Of a stretch of DNA of 64,000 nt, positions 33,325-45,268 are shown piece by piece. Source of the stretch: Oopsacas minuta (Eukaryota > Animalia > Porifera); NCBI GenBank assembly GCA_024704765.1, contig JAKMXF010000354.1, positions 357,690-421,689 on the forward strand, read 5' to 3'. The notes below the pieces were generated by a model. It was not told the DNA's origin, searched no databases, and saw nothing but the letters and a program-made list of their open reading frames with translations. A program made the translations under genes and the position numbers. Position 1 is the stretch's first letter; every line of letters begins with the position of its first letter.

Positions 33325-35097
33325 TCATACACTCTCAGATCTGACTATCTCAATAGCTTCTCCCAACCCTTTTATACAAAATGCGTATTCAGCTGTAGCC
33401 AGATGGACTAGAGTTGGAATTCTAAAGGGAGGGGGTTGGAATCGAGCCACAAGCTGTAGCATAAAGGGACCGATCAAGCGATCATTCTTATAATTCCAGG
33501 ATAAATATATGAGATATCCGTAGAGATCTTCGTCTAGAAATAGTCTACGATTCTCCTCTTGTAATAGCATAGCTGATAACAAAAGCTTAGCACACTTCAA
33601 GTATGCAGTGAGTAGCTTATTATCATGAATAGATTCGTTTCTAACTGGAGAGTTATTAGAAACGAATAACAGATCAAGAAATGGTACCATGGAAGCCCAA
33701 GAAGTCTGTTTCTCTTCCTCCGAGTCAGCTATGCTCTGATCTGTATTATATATGTAAAAGTCTTCAAAATAATCCACAAAATTCTGAACTTCATACTCTT
33801 TAGGAATTATATATACTGGGCTTTTCAAGAGGTACATAAAGAATAGAATTAGCGTGTAATTCATATCGAGATTATTCACAGATTTAAACTCTATCTGATC
33901 AATATCAGGCTTGAGGGTCTCCAGGATATGAGCATTTAACATGTAACTAGGCACGAAATGACACGAGGCAAGAGATGACACTAATCCTCCTATTACTGTA
34001 GCCATAAACGGGCTGCTTGTAGTACAAAACAAATTAGCTATCGCTCTAAGGAATTTATCATTTTTACCGAGTACCTTTTGACCTTGTGAAAACTCCCCAA
34101 ACCCTGCAATCAGTCCGAGAGCTGCTTCTTTTGTTTCCTCACAATTTATAAGAGGATCTAAGAACACATTCAGAGAAATGGTAAGTACACCTCGATTTAA
34201 TAGGTACACTCTCTCGGCCCAATTTTCACCAAAATCCCACAGTGTTAGCATACAAGCACGAGTTGTATCATAATCAGAATTGTCAATTGACCATTGCCAT
34301 ACCTGAATTATCTTATCTAATAATCCTTCTTGTACCAAGTATAGTCGTTGACACAGAGTGCCTTCGTCTCTCCAAGGTAGCAGAATATTAGAGTACATGT
34401 AGTTAAGACACCATTTTACTCGGTTAGCGTCACTCATTAATTCGTCATTAGTATAAGCAAGTGGTGAAGGAGTTCTGTCCTGGAGAATCTCTGAAGAATA
34501 TCTTTTTCTTTGAGGTGATATCTTTTTCTTCTCTTTCAATCCTAATCCTTTCATAATCTTGTATAATCTTGATTTGCTTTTCGATTTCTTATCATCATCT
34601 GGTGGAATTGGGTTTGACATTGTTCTAGAATCTATTGTGTTACTATTCAAATAAATTTTACAGAATCTAGATATTGAGTGTCCTTGTTTCACGAGGAGTC
34701 CCAACTTGTCCGAACTACAACGTCCGAAATAAATTAGTTGGAGCTGATCTCCCCCTCTGAGAGAGACATCCTGAGAAAGAGATTGGTAGTCAAACAGTAT
34801 CATCTCTTTGACAGACAGCTGTAGTTGACAGATGATAGGAATCTGTAATTTGTCAGAGATGAGTTGTTTCAGATCTCTAACTGTTTCTGGGAGTTCTTCT
34901 ATACGCAATAGCTCATTGTGTCTACGTGCTGTGTCTTCACAGTAACACTGTATAGTTAGAATAGCTGGTAAGTGGAGTCTACAACGTCGAAAATTCTCAT
35001 GCTTTGCTTGAGGAATAACTTCAAACGAACTTGTTAATTCCCGTGAATCCCTTCCTTGAAAATCTTGACCATATTCATCAGGATATCTCTGGGCCAT
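33325..35097 (-). CDS. Uncharacterised 590-aa protein: ubiquitin-like N-domain, ARM/HEAT-like region, C-terminal BC-box-like motif
   Basis: ETVRDLKQLISDKLQIP..QLQLSV..LRGGDQLQLIY fits a beta-grasp pattern; helical repeats follow; ends IPTLVHLATAEYA. ATG 35097 is 3 nt after a CAG. Confidence 0.7.
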   Translation of the reverse strand: MAQRYPDEYGQDFQGRDSRELTSSFEVIPQAKHENFRRCRLHLPAILTIQCYCEDTARRHNELLRIEELPETVRDLKQLISDKLQIPIICQLQLSVKEMILFDYQSLSQDVSLRGGDQLQLIYFGRCSSDKLGLLVKQGHSISRFCKIYLNSNTIDSRTMSNPIPPDDDKKSKSKSRLYKIMKGLGLKEKKKISPQRKRYSSEILQDRTPSPLAYTNDELMSDANRVKWCLNYMYSNILLPWRDEGTLCQRLYLVQEGLLDKIIQVWQWSIDNSDYDTTRACMLTLWDFGENWAERVYLLNRGVLTISLNVFLDPLINCEETKEAALGLIAGFGEFSQGQKVLGKNDKFLRAIANLFCTTSSPFMATVIGGLVSSLASCHFVPSYMLNAHILETLKPDIDQIEFKSVNNLDMNYTLILFFMYLLKSPVYIIPKEYEVQNFVDYFEDFYIYNTDQSIADSEEEKQTSWASMVPFLDLLFVSNNSPVRNESIHDNKLLTAYLKCAKLLLSAMLLQEENRRLFLDEDLYGYLIYLSWNYKNDRLIGPFMLQLVARFQPPPFRIPTLVHLATAEYAFCIKGLGEAIEIVRSESV

Positions 35098-35294
35098 AAT
35101 CTGTATAATTGTCAACTTCAAGTACTGTAGAGTATTTATACAATGCTACCCACGTAATATCTAACAGGAAATTGAAACTAATGTTTCAATTGCATTATTT
35201 CAATTTGAAGAAATACGCTGATCAAAGTACCCTTAATGTTAACGTATAAATATTAATGAAACCAAAAATCTAATTATAATACTATTTTCGATGT

Positions 35295-38200
35295 TCATAT
35301 AGGAAAAGTGAACATAACATCCTGCTGCGCAAGCTCGAGAAGCATCGGGTCATCAAAAAATTTATTAATCGATACGTCTTCGCTCAATCCTTTACGTCTT
35401 CGTGTCTTAACCATAAACTCTCTGGCTAAGTAAGGGACAGGCTGAGGCTCCAATGGGCGGATTATGATACTCTTATCTAATGGGTCTCCTGGTACGATTT
35501 GCCAGTGATTAAACACAGACAGACAGAAAGATTGTCCCTGTGTGTGTGTACGGAGATCAGTTTCAAAACCAAACGAGTCAATCGCAGGCATATATGCTTT
35601 GATTAGGTAGAGAGGAGACCCGGGGATAGGAGCATCTTGTGTTGCATGTCCTCTCCTCTTGCCGAGCACTGTATACACAGCTGATACACAATCAGCTGGT
35701 CCTACAACCTCTACATAGTTGTATGGTTCCATTATTCGTGGGGTAGCCATTAAGAAAGCAGAATAAGCACATCGTCTAGCTGTAGGGATAATCTGACCAC
35801 CAGCTCGTTGCAGTTTATCAAGACTAATCACAGCATCAAGAATCTTAAACTTAACGTTTCTAATAGGTTCGTCTGCTAAAGGACCCTCTCTGCTACCCCA
35901 CTGGAACCCCTGTATAATGGAAGATTTGACAGAACTTAAAAGAGTTTTGTCTACCTCAGAGGGAAGGGTATCATCCACCAGGATATTAGGACCATTTGAA
36001 TCTGGACCAAACGCCCAGATGGAACGAGCTGCGAATAGATCCCAATCATATTTGCTACGGAAGAATTCTCCGAGATCTTTGTTGTCCCAAGAAGTTTGTA
36101 CCACTTCGTTCTCTATGTCCTCAGCTAATCCCTTATCCAGGGGCTCAGCTATCATAGTTAGTTTATTCTTCTTGTTAGGAGTTTCTGCGAAACATTTCAG
36201 GGAAGATGTCTCAATTACTGTCTCACAGAATGTAACAACTGGATCTGAAACCTAGAATGTAGCAAAATAATAATAGCTGAATAGGAATTATTCAAAGTTA
36301 GAAAATATTAGATATCAAATGGCAAGCTTCCACCTTTTGTGTAGTTTATGATGAATAATATCTGAACTGATAAAGTGCATAAGAAATACTGAAACAGCTG
36401 TAGTATAACATAGTATACAATAAATAGTTGTTAGCAATTAAGTCTTATTGAATATAATTAAAACATATTTAGAAAGCAGAATAAGGCTACGTAACATTAG
36501 AATGGCACAAGAAATATTAACGAATAACTGAATTAATGTTAGATAATTAATCAGTGAGAAATAAATTAAGTCAGAAAGATGTCATTATTATGCCATTGTT
36601 CCATAGATATGACTAAATGTATCATTTACCTTAATATCTATATCCGCGTATACTTTTCTGAGGTCATGCATGACACAATCGAGGTACAGCTCTCCTGTCC
36701 CAAGCACCACGTGTTCACCTGATTCCTCCACGCGTGTGGACAACAGAGGATAACTCTTGTTGACTTTACGCAGTCCATCTAGCATTTTAGGCAGTTCACT
36801 AGGGTTAACAGGCTCTACTGCTATCTTAATAGTAGATTTAGTATTAAATCTAAGCTGTTTGAATACTTCAGCTTTCTCTGATTCTTCTATAGAAGTGATA
36901 GTGGCAGTTTTGAATATAGTTTGATCAACTCCTTCAATCAATACCCAATTCCCAACAGGTACACGGCTAACCTAAATACTATAGAGTAATCATACTTAAG
37001 ATAATTACAACTAAGATATAGATATACTCACTTGTATCCGGTATCTAGCTTCTAATATCCATAACCTCCCCACAGTAGCAAATGTACTGTCCTCTTCATC
37101 CTCTAATGTGTACCCCTCCCCCAGGACCCGTACATCCTCTCCTGCCTGTAGAGTCCCACTCATGACGCGTCCAAAAGCATGGAAAATAGTCCCATCCTCT
37201 GAGGAGTAGCATTTGGTTACGTGTACCATGACAGAAGCATCAGGATCACATGCCAACATAGACTTAGCTATTCCTGTAGTGAGGTTCCCTGTGTAACTGC
37301 TAGCTATCTTCTCTGCTGCACCAGCTGAAGGAGAAGGAATGTGTTTAGATATCATCTCAATTAGGCCACCGTGTTCACCGAAAAACTTCCTGCAAACTGT
37401 ACGCAATAGAGTACGTATATTACTGTCAAGCTCTGCTCTGGATAAACTGATGCCTAGCTCATCTAATGTATAGGATAAACCCTCTTCTGCATCTCCCACT
37501 ACCTAGTTTATTATATAAATTGTTACAACAAATTATATACAAATAACAAACCTGTGAAAAGATCTTGTATAGAGGTTCTAGAATGAATTCTACAAATGTC
37601 CTTTGAGCAGTAGGATGGGGAGGCTTCTTTACAAATGTCCTACGAGTAGACATGAAGTACATGTCACCCCAGAGACGACGAGCTAGTTCTTTAGGAGGGA
37701 ACCCACCCCCATAGTGATCATGGTACAGTTGTGCGAAACTGTTCAGAGTGAATGAGAATCCGTACATTCCTGAAGAGAAGCAGACGTTGCCAAGCAACGG
37801 AGAAACAACGTATTTATCAGAACCATCGTTATACACTGATAATATATTGTTAACTTCATCTAAATAGAATAAATGTATTGATAGTATAGTTGAAAGAACT
37901 TAAAACAATTGAATATAGAAAATAGTAAAACTAACTCACCAATAATATGTCTAAGCTTGTGGTATGCATCGGTAGGAGGCAATTTAAGCTCCACTATTAA
38001 TCTGTCAATCTTGCTAATACATAGCGTAACAGCTAATCTCTCTTGTACCGCATGTTTCAGTAATCTCTCTGAATTCATTAACAGGCCCTCATGTGCATCT
38101 ACCACTAACACTAAACCGTCACTCAGACGGAATGCTGCAGTAGCTTCATCTGAGAAGTTCACATGACCTGGTACATCCATTACATTTACTAGATAGCTTT

Positions 38201-38920
38201 TATCCCTGGTATCCTATATATATATATCAGTATTAAAACTACCGAATTGATATGAAATAGGACTACTACTGCACACCTGTAGACAGAGAGAGAATGGAGT
38301 AGATTTTATACTTAGGCCTCTCTCCTGCTCAATCAGTAGAGTATCTGTGTAGCGAGGAGATGTATTCTCAGTGAAGAATATATCAGGATGTGTTTGCTCG
38401 AATAGACAGTCACAGAGAGTTGTCTTACCGTGATGGAGATGTCCTGCAAAAGATACGTTGCGTACCAATTCAGGATTATCCATAAGATCAGCTAAGAACT
38501 CCAGCTGATATACTGTCTCAGGAACAGCTTGTACTAGAGAAGCAAATTTCTTCTTTTTCACCGGCTGTATAATCGGTTGAGTTAAAGGCTGAGTGTCCTC
38601 TTCCTGTACTACTGTCTCTACATCTGGTCCATAAACCTAAACAACAGACTAAGTAAATCTCTTATAGCATAATAAAGCTATATTCTATGAATTAAACAGA
38701 CTTCCTGAGCAGTTGGATAATATTTCTTATCTTCGTGTAGTACAACTTCCATACCAGTATCATCTACGATATCTAATTCTTGTCCTGCCCCAGATCCTTG
38801 TGACCCCTCGTCACCCTCTCCCTCCCTCTCGGGCTGGTCTTGTTCAGAATTACTCTCATCACTGCTCTCTAGCTCAGGCCCGATATACGTACCAAACTCA
38901 TCATATTGGTCCAAATCCAT
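35295..38920 (-). CDS. EFTUD2: U5 snRNP 116 kDa GTPase (Snu114), 7 exons
   Basis: [83 protein letters not shown] pieces join through GT-AG introns. Confidence 0.97.
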
Positions 38921-39051
38921 CCTGTAGCTATTTATACGCAAGTAAGATATGTAAAGCTTGTTACGTTTCTAAAATTAATTAAAATCTATTTTAATGAAAA
39001 AATCATTCAAAAGAAACTCCTAAAATGATATTTGTATTCAAATTGTTCTAA

Positions 39052-42000
39052 TTAATATTCTGGATAGTAAGTAGGAATCTCATCGCATTTTGATAACATA
39101 GAATGTTGAAGTAGCTGGTATGGAGTCTCGAAACATAACAAACAATTATGACAAGCAAAATTTCTTCTCTCCTGTCTGGCATATATAAGAGTTTCTTTGA
39201 GAGAGAGCTGTACTCCAGGCTGAGGCTTTGCGTAATCAGTATTTCCTTTAATAGGAGGTTGAGTGATTTCTTCAGCTCTCATTTGTGGGTATATAGTTTT
39301 ATACAAGTTGTGATAACGCTTTTTAACGTGAGCGATGGTTTGTTGTTTTCTTGTATTCATATCAATATCACTATTCTCTGGAGAAGTTGATCTTCCTCGT
39401 GTATCAAATGGAATATCAGTAACATGTCTTACATATCGTTTGCCTGTTATACTAGGAAGTGTAACCTTATCCTTAAGGACAGCTTTAACCATTACAGATC
39501 CGATAACACGACGTGATCTGATTTTAGTTCGTACTCTACTCTTCAGCCTGTTAGGTTTGTGTTTCAGTTTCTGCTTATAAGCGATCTGTACTTTACATTT
39601 TTTCTTGTGTAGTTTAGGTTTCTTGCGAGGAGAAATAAGATTTGATTTAAGTTTATCTTGATTAAAGAAGTCTGGATTCTCTCCTAATGCAATAGCAAAA
39701 TTAGAAAGATATTCTTGTGTATTTTTAGATTCTACTTTCTGTGGCGTAACAGTAGAATCAGTAGGAATGTCATTCCCTGTCTCCTTTGGATTGGATAGAG
39801 GTGTCATTTGATTAATATCATCCCTGGAGATTTGTTGTGCGTGAGGGAGCACAGTATCTTCATCCTTATCTGATTCAAACTGGAGATCCAAAGGAGAAGA
39901 TGGAATGATATCAATATTGCTATCAGAAACAGGAATTTCTTTTGAGGAGGAAGGCAGTGTATTACTTGTATTTATATCATCGAGATTGTCAACACATTGA
40001 ATGTTTGTATCGTCTTGAGAGTTTATGTCAGAAAGATAAGAAATTTCAATGTCAATGGGAATATTCTTCTTTGTTCTAGATAGAGAAAGTTTTGATTGAA
40101 TTAAATTACTATTATTAGGTAGAATAAAGGTGGGTGGGAGTTTAACAGGAGAGAAAGAGTCCTCAAAGAGTTCATGACCTATTTGACGTATCACTACAGA
40201 GGGGGGATTAGATTTTAATCTTTTAGAATCTTTCCTCCTAGTTTTTGTTAGTTTCCTCTTAATATGAGATGTGTTTATTGTCTTATCTAGTGGGTTGATA
40301 AGGCAATCAGTTAATGTATTGGTAGAATTAGAGATTGTGTTTAAACAGTTGAGGAGAGGATTTATAGAAGGTTGAAATTGTTCATGTTCATTAGAAGTAT
40401 GCACTACATCTGTTATACCAGGATTATCTGTTACGTCAGGAGATGACGTAACAAAATGCTCTGTTGTAGTAGGAATAGTATTTACTACTAAACCCACTAG
40501 ATCTGTGGTGATATTTACTTGTGAATTATCCGAAACAGAATCATTATTTTGTATTGTGGAATTCTCGATTGAGTTAGTATCGCTTTGAATTGGTTCATTA
40601 TGTGAAGTGGGTATTGGTGGATCAATTACACAAGGAAAAGTATTGATGTGATTACTAGTGGAATTATTTAACTGAGATAGAATTCCATCATCAGAATCAG
40701 GTAGCTCTGATAAGTCAACTAGAAACTCACTAGGTGATGACGTCATGATACTAGCTACTGTATTTTTGATAGGAGTAAACTGAGAGATGTCAATCTTCTT
40801 AATTGACAAGATGGGAGATGATTTTTCTGGAATAACTTTATTAATTACTGGCAGTGTATCTGTATTAGTTAGATAGGAAGAGCTTGATATTATAGGCCTA
40901 GTGGTTTGAGAGTGAAACACAAACACGCCAGGAGAGGATATGTCATTAGGCTGAGAGAGGGTGCGGTCTTGTTCAATATCTGTGTCAATTAAATCTTCAT
41001 TAATAATAGGGCTGATCTCTTCAGACATGTGAATGATGGGAGAAGAACTAGAATGCAGGGTGTGTGGAGGAGATATACTGGGTAATCTGGTAGAGTCAAG
41101 TAATTCATTAGGAAATCTGGTAGGTATTGGTATTTCATGTAATTCAATGGGTTCTTCAATTGGTTTGGTGGGTTTGTGAGAAATAGGGATTACAGATAAT
41201 GTCATGGGTTCTTCAATTGGTTTGGAAGGTTTGTGAGAAATGGGTATTTCAAGTAATGTTAGGGGTTCTTCAGTTAGTTTGGTGGGTTTGTGAGAAATAG
41301 GAATTACAGATAATGTTATGGGTTCTTCAGTAGGTTGAAATAATTTGCTAGATTTAAGTGATTTAGTAGGTAATGGGATAGATACAGGTAATGCATCAGG
41401 TAGTTGTGTAGGGATTGATTGAACTTTGCTAGTCACAAGTGTTGATCTTTTATTTTTAATGTTACGACGTTTCTTTTGGAAACTAGGCTGAGAAGAAGCA
41501 CAAGTCTTTCGTCTTGTCTTTTTGTTTGGAGCTGGTTTATTGGATATATTCTTACAAACTGTGCTGGTAGTAGCATACACTGTTTCTGTATAAGGCTCTA
41601 TGTCTAGCTCTCTGTCAGAAGTAGAATCGTTAGAGTCAATTACAGACTGTTGAAAGGAGGATACTCCTTGTCCATTAGGAATAATTGTAAGGGGTGATGG
41701 GGCTAGATTAGGGGGTGGAGTTGGAATACTATCAACAGGATCTTGTGTATTCTCTACTGTAACCTGATGAAGAGATGGAGGACTGTTTTGTATCGTAGAG
41801 GGAGGAAATAGATTGTGGATAGTAATATTTGGAATAGTTTCTATAAAGTGTTCTTTAAATTGAGATTGTTGTGAATCTGTTATCACTGTGTTATCGCTAT
41901 GGTTACTGAAAGTATTTATAGCTATAGCTGTTTGTTTCAGAGAATAGCAGCTGCTAGAGATGTTACTGATAGGGAAAGGACCAGAGGGAGAACATATAGG

Positions 42001-42228
42001 AGGATGAGAAAGGGGAGATAGTAACTCTTTAGCTAGCTTCTTTATCATCATGAAGTGACCCAGTTTAGATATACCGAGATAACTCATATAGTCTGGCTGT
42101 AGCTCTGGGATCATTTCTAGTTGCATTGAGTTCTCCGTGAATGAACGTGAGTAATATTCAATCCATTCAGGAGGTAGAGACAGCTGAGAGAAGAAGTCGG
42201 ACCATTGGGGAGACGAGCTCCTGTCCAT
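39052..42228 (-). CDS. SAM-like domain (C19orf47-type) + long S/T/P/I low-complexity region with 19-aa repeats + C-terminal C2H2-like finger, about 1058 aa
   Basis: WSDFFSQLSLPPEWIEYYSRSFTENSMQLEMIPELQPDYMSYLGISKLGHFMMIKK; C-terminal CHNCLLCFETPYQLLQHSMLSKC. Likely ATG 42228. Confidence 0.7.
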   Translation of the reverse strand: MDRSSSPQWSDFFSQLSLPPEWIEYYSRSFTENSMQLEMIPELQPDYMSYLGISKLGHFMMIKKLAKELLSPLSHPPICSPSGPFPISNISSSCYSLKQTAIAINTFSNHSDNTVITDSQQSQFKEHFIETIPNITIHNLFPPSTIQNSPPSLHQVTVENTQDPVDSIPTPPPNLAPSPLTIIPNGQGVSSFQQSVIDSNDSTSDRELDIEPYTETVYATTSTVCKNISNKPAPNKKTRRKTCASSQPSFQKKRRNIKNKRSTLVTSKVQSIPTQLPDALPVSIPLPTKSLKSSKLFQPTEEPITLSVIPISHKPTKLTEEPLTLLEIPISHKPSKPIEEPMTLSVIPISHKPTKPIEEPIELHEIPIPTRFPNELLDSTRLPSISPPHTLHSSSSPIIHMSEEISPIINEDLIDTDIEQDRTLSQPNDISSPGVFVFHSQTTRPIISSSSYLTNTDTLPVINKVIPEKSSPILSIKKIDISQFTPIKNTVASIMTSSPSEFLVDLSELPDSDDGILSQLNNSTSNHINTFPCVIDPPIPTSHNEPIQSDTNSIENSTIQNNDSVSDNSQVNITTDLVGLVVNTIPTTTEHFVTSSPDVTDNPGITDVVHTSNEHEQFQPSINPLLNCLNTISNSTNTLTDCLINPLDKTINTSHIKRKLTKTRRKDSKRLKSNPPSVVIRQIGHELFEDSFSPVKLPPTFILPNNSNLIQSKLSLSRTKKNIPIDIEISYLSDINSQDDTNIQCVDNLDDINTSNTLPSSSKEIPVSDSNIDIIPSSPLDLQFESDKDEDTVLPHAQQISRDDINQMTPLSNPKETGNDIPTDSTVTPQKVESKNTQEYLSNFAIALGENPDFFNQDKLKSNLISPRKKPKLHKKKCKVQIAYKQKLKHKPNRLKSRVRTKIRSRRVIGSVMVKAVLKDKVTLPSITGKRYVRHVTDIPFDTRGRSTSPENSDIDMNTRKQQTIAHVKKRYHNLYKTIYPQMRAEEITQPPIKGNTDYAKPQPGVQLSLKETLIYARQERRNFACHNCLLCFETPYQLLQHSMLSKCDEIPTYYPEY
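41122..41335. repeat. Coding minisatellite, 57-bp unit, about 4 copies
   Basis: gggttcttca recurs at 41149, 41206, 41263 and 41320; encodes EEP-x-x-L-x-x-IPI-SHKP-[TS]K units. Confidence 0.9.
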
Positions 42229-42458
42229 CTCACATACAGCTACATAGATTACTAATATTATATTATAATAATGTATAGGTATTTCGCGGATTCTCAATTT
42301 CGTTGGCTATCAACATTTCCAATATTTAAGTCAATCTATAGGAAATATAATATGGTAAAATCGATAAATATACTAAAGAATTTCGAAAACACAAAATAGA
42401 GATAAAAAATGTAACAATAATATATGACTGGGTTGCAAGAATAATTAAATATAATCCA

Positions 42459-45062
42459 TCATTTAATCTTGTCCAATTTGATACTCATCTGTCTCATCAT
42501 ATTCTCAATAGAGCTTAGTCTCTCATTAACAGTAGCTTTCTTGCTAGCTACAGAAGAGAAGCTATCCTCTGCGGAGGGTTGTGTCAAAGCCTCGACCTTT
42601 TTACGCGCTCTTTGTTGCTGTTGAATTGAAGATAAGAGATTTTTCAAGTCCAAATCTTCCAGCTGATTATCATGCAAATACGTATTGAGACTACAGCTGT
42701 TATAATAGTAGCTACACGTATTGCTATCAACAGATACAGACTTAGTAAAGAAACGCTTCCTGAAATCAATACACAAAGACAACATAGAACTCTTCTGTAT
42801 TTGAATTACATAGTTGAGACGTTGCCAAGCAAAACTACGCTTCGCATTGAGTTTAACATCAGCATATGTATCAGATAGCTGAGCAATGAACACGTTAAGA
42901 TACACTACAACTGTAAGGAAGAAAAATGATATGTAAATCATGCATGCTAGCCAGTTAAGACTCATGTATAGGAAGTTAGAATCTCTGTACACATCTCCAT
43001 CTAGTACTATTCTAATACCAGATAGGAATACCCACCATATCATGTCGTCTACTCCAGCCTCTCTCCGACTCAGCTCTAGGAGGGAGGAGTTCCTGAACCC
43101 CTCTGAAGTATGAGGTACACGCAAAGATATAAAGAAAGTACCCGAGAATATTATTAGTGTCAGGAGCAATAGCATAACGAAACGAGGTAAGTCTTCCACC
43201 AGGATTTTGTATATAATAGTTGTGTATGGACCAAGGACTGGTATAAGAGCAACTAGTTTAAACAGACGAAGTGAGTTGAAGAAAAACGCTAATGTAGCAA
43301 ATATCCATTGAGCAGGCTGCCTGGTAGCACGAAGAATAAATAGAACGGTTAGCATTAGTAGACCTACTACATCGAAGTAGTTACTCTTATCTCTGAAATA
43401 GTCGTAGAAGACTCGTATAAACACAGAATCAGTTATCACTTTATGACATCTCTTTGAACAAGTATTTCTCACTGTCTCCTTCACTCCTACGCTCTCTTGT
43501 CGTTTGGCTTCTTGTTGGAGAAGTTTACGTTTGTCAATAATGTGACTCCGAGCTATGAGGAATATACGAATAAATTCTCCTGACTCTGTAATCAAGTTAA
43601 TCAGGTAGTATAGCAATACATACACGTCACATGCTAAACGTAGATAATGGAATCCGTCTATAAAGTAGCTACCTAACGGCTCTCTTACTCCAGTAGCTAG
43701 TATGAGAGAATATGCTAGACAGGCAAGAAATAAGACAAAGAAGAAAGTCCTCAGAGATAATATCATATACCCAAACTTCCTCATTTTCTGATCCACTATA
43801 ATACGAACAGTTCCGTGGTAAGCTAAACTATCTTCTCCTATCTCTGATATTCTTTGTAGGAAATAATTCTTAGATTTGGAGTATGAATCATCTGTAGGAA
43901 GCTTGTTCCCACCATCTAAATCTAGGTACTTAATATGTACTTTTCCATCACTGTTACGAGTTAAATCATGAGGTACAATCATTCTGTCCAATAGAGCTCG
44001 TATAGTCTCTTGCATTCCATACTTAACTATCTGGATAACCATAATCTCCATACTATTTAGATAATATTTTAAGAACTTTCTTTCCGGATGTAAACGAATA
44101 TAAATAGCAGCTGCTGAATCCTGCTTATTCTGTATAGCTCTCTCTAATCCGCTGTACCTCTTTCTATCTGTAACCTCCATAGAGGCTCCGTTAAGTATCA
44201 ATTCACTAACAGTTTTAGAGTGACCTTTGGCACAAGCTATAATGAGAGGGATGTCGCCCTCAATGTCAAGAGCATCCAGATTAGCTCCTACAGATGCTAG
44301 TACTGATATGATACTGGCTCTACCGTTCTCAGCTGCTACGAACACAGGACCCCTACCATTTTCATCAGTAGCATTTACATCTGCTCCCCAGGTGACCAGG
44401 AGCTGGATGGTGTCCTCTTCAGCTGTTTGACAGGCTAGATGTAGAGCTGTCAGTCCCCGCTTCGTACGCTCTCCGATTTGAGCTCCTCTCTCAAGGAGGA
44501 AGCGGACAGTATGGATATGTCCTCTACTAGCTGCACAATGCAATGGTGTGTAGCCCTCAGCGTTCCTTTCCATGATAAGTTCTCTAGAAAGTAAATACAT
44601 CTCATTGAGTACTACCCAGCTTCCATGCTTAGCAGCTTCATGAGGATGTATTGACTTATTTATAGGCTTACCACTCTGTAGAAGCAACCTGAATATAGGG
44701 CCATAGTTTGATTTACATACACGATCGAGAGCATCTATCAGCTGGCTTTCAAATATGGCGCGTATTTCTGGAGAGTGTCCATTCTTCTCTCGACTGTCTC
44801 TATTGAGGATGACTTCCATTATATCAGCTCTACTATAAAAGGCTGCTAGATCTAGTGCATGTTGTTTATATGGATCTGGAGTAGCATGGTAGTAAGGAGC
44901 TCCGTTCTTGAGTAATTTCTTAAGTTTATCCAGATCGAAAGTTTGGAGTGTAGCTTCTAGCTCTGCGAAGTTTTCTTTTGTACCCTCCCACATAGGCTCC
45001 ATAACATCTCTAGTGCGTTTATGAGTTATGATGGTACTGGGGGATACGCCAATATTGTCCAT
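42459..45062 (-). CDS. Ankyrin-repeat TRP cation channel (TRPV/TRPA-like), intronless, about 867 aa
   Basis: Several ankyrin repeats (GYTPLHCAASRGH, GLTALHLAC, GRGPVFVAAENG), six hydrophobic segments, S6/TRP-helix VVYLNVFIAQLSDTY..AWQR. Confidence 0.88.
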   Translation of the reverse strand: MDNIGVSPSTIITHKRTRDVMEPMWEGTKENFAELEATLQTFDLDKLKKLLKNGAPYYHATPDPYKQHALDLAAFYSRADIMEVILNRDSREKNGHSPEIRAIFESQLIDALDRVCKSNYGPIFRLLLQSGKPINKSIHPHEAAKHGSWVVLNEMYLLSRELIMERNAEGYTPLHCAASRGHIHTVRFLLERGAQIGERTKRGLTALHLACQTAEEDTIQLLVTWGADVNATDENGRGPVFVAAENGRASIISVLASVGANLDALDIEGDIPLIIACAKGHSKTVSELILNGASMEVTDRKRYSGLERAIQNKQDSAAAIYIRLHPERKFLKYYLNSMEIMVIQIVKYGMQETIRALLDRMIVPHDLTRNSDGKVHIKYLDLDGGNKLPTDDSYSKSKNYFLQRISEIGEDSLAYHGTVRIIVDQKMRKFGYMILSLRTFFFVLFLACLAYSLILATGVREPLGSYFIDGFHYLRLACDVYVLLYYLINLITESGEFIRIFLIARSHIIDKRKLLQQEAKRQESVGVKETVRNTCSKRCHKVITDSVFIRVFYDYFRDKSNYFDVVGLLMLTVLFILRATRQPAQWIFATLAFFFNSLRLFKLVALIPVLGPYTTIIYKILVEDLPRFVMLLLLTLIIFSGTFFISLRVPHTSEGFRNSSLLELSRREAGVDDMIWWVFLSGIRIVLDGDVYRDSNFLYMSLNWLACMIYISFFFLTVVVYLNVFIAQLSDTYADVKLNAKRSFAWQRLNYVIQIQKSSMLSLCIDFRKRFFTKSVSVDSNTCSYYYNSCSLNTYLHDNQLEDLDLKNLLSSIQQQQRARKKVEALTQPSAEDSFSSVASKKATVNERLSSIENMMRQMSIKLDKIK

Positions 45063-45268
45063 CGACCAACTTACAGAGCTAATTAACACATTTTAGTGAA
45101 ATATTAAAGTTTAAAAAATCCCTAACAATTCGTAAGAGAAATTATCTGACCCTAAAAGATGAATTTAATACCTATTTTTATTATACAGATATCAGCATTG
45201 TTAACTACACCCGCTAAATAATAACTAATGTCACTACAATCTCACCTACAAAATCACCACATAATACC

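Noticed and set aside
36345-36395. C/D-box-like ATGATGA..CTGA in an EFTUD2 intron
   Set aside because: Antisense to the host, under 50 nt between boxes, weak terminal stem, no recognisable rRNA guide.
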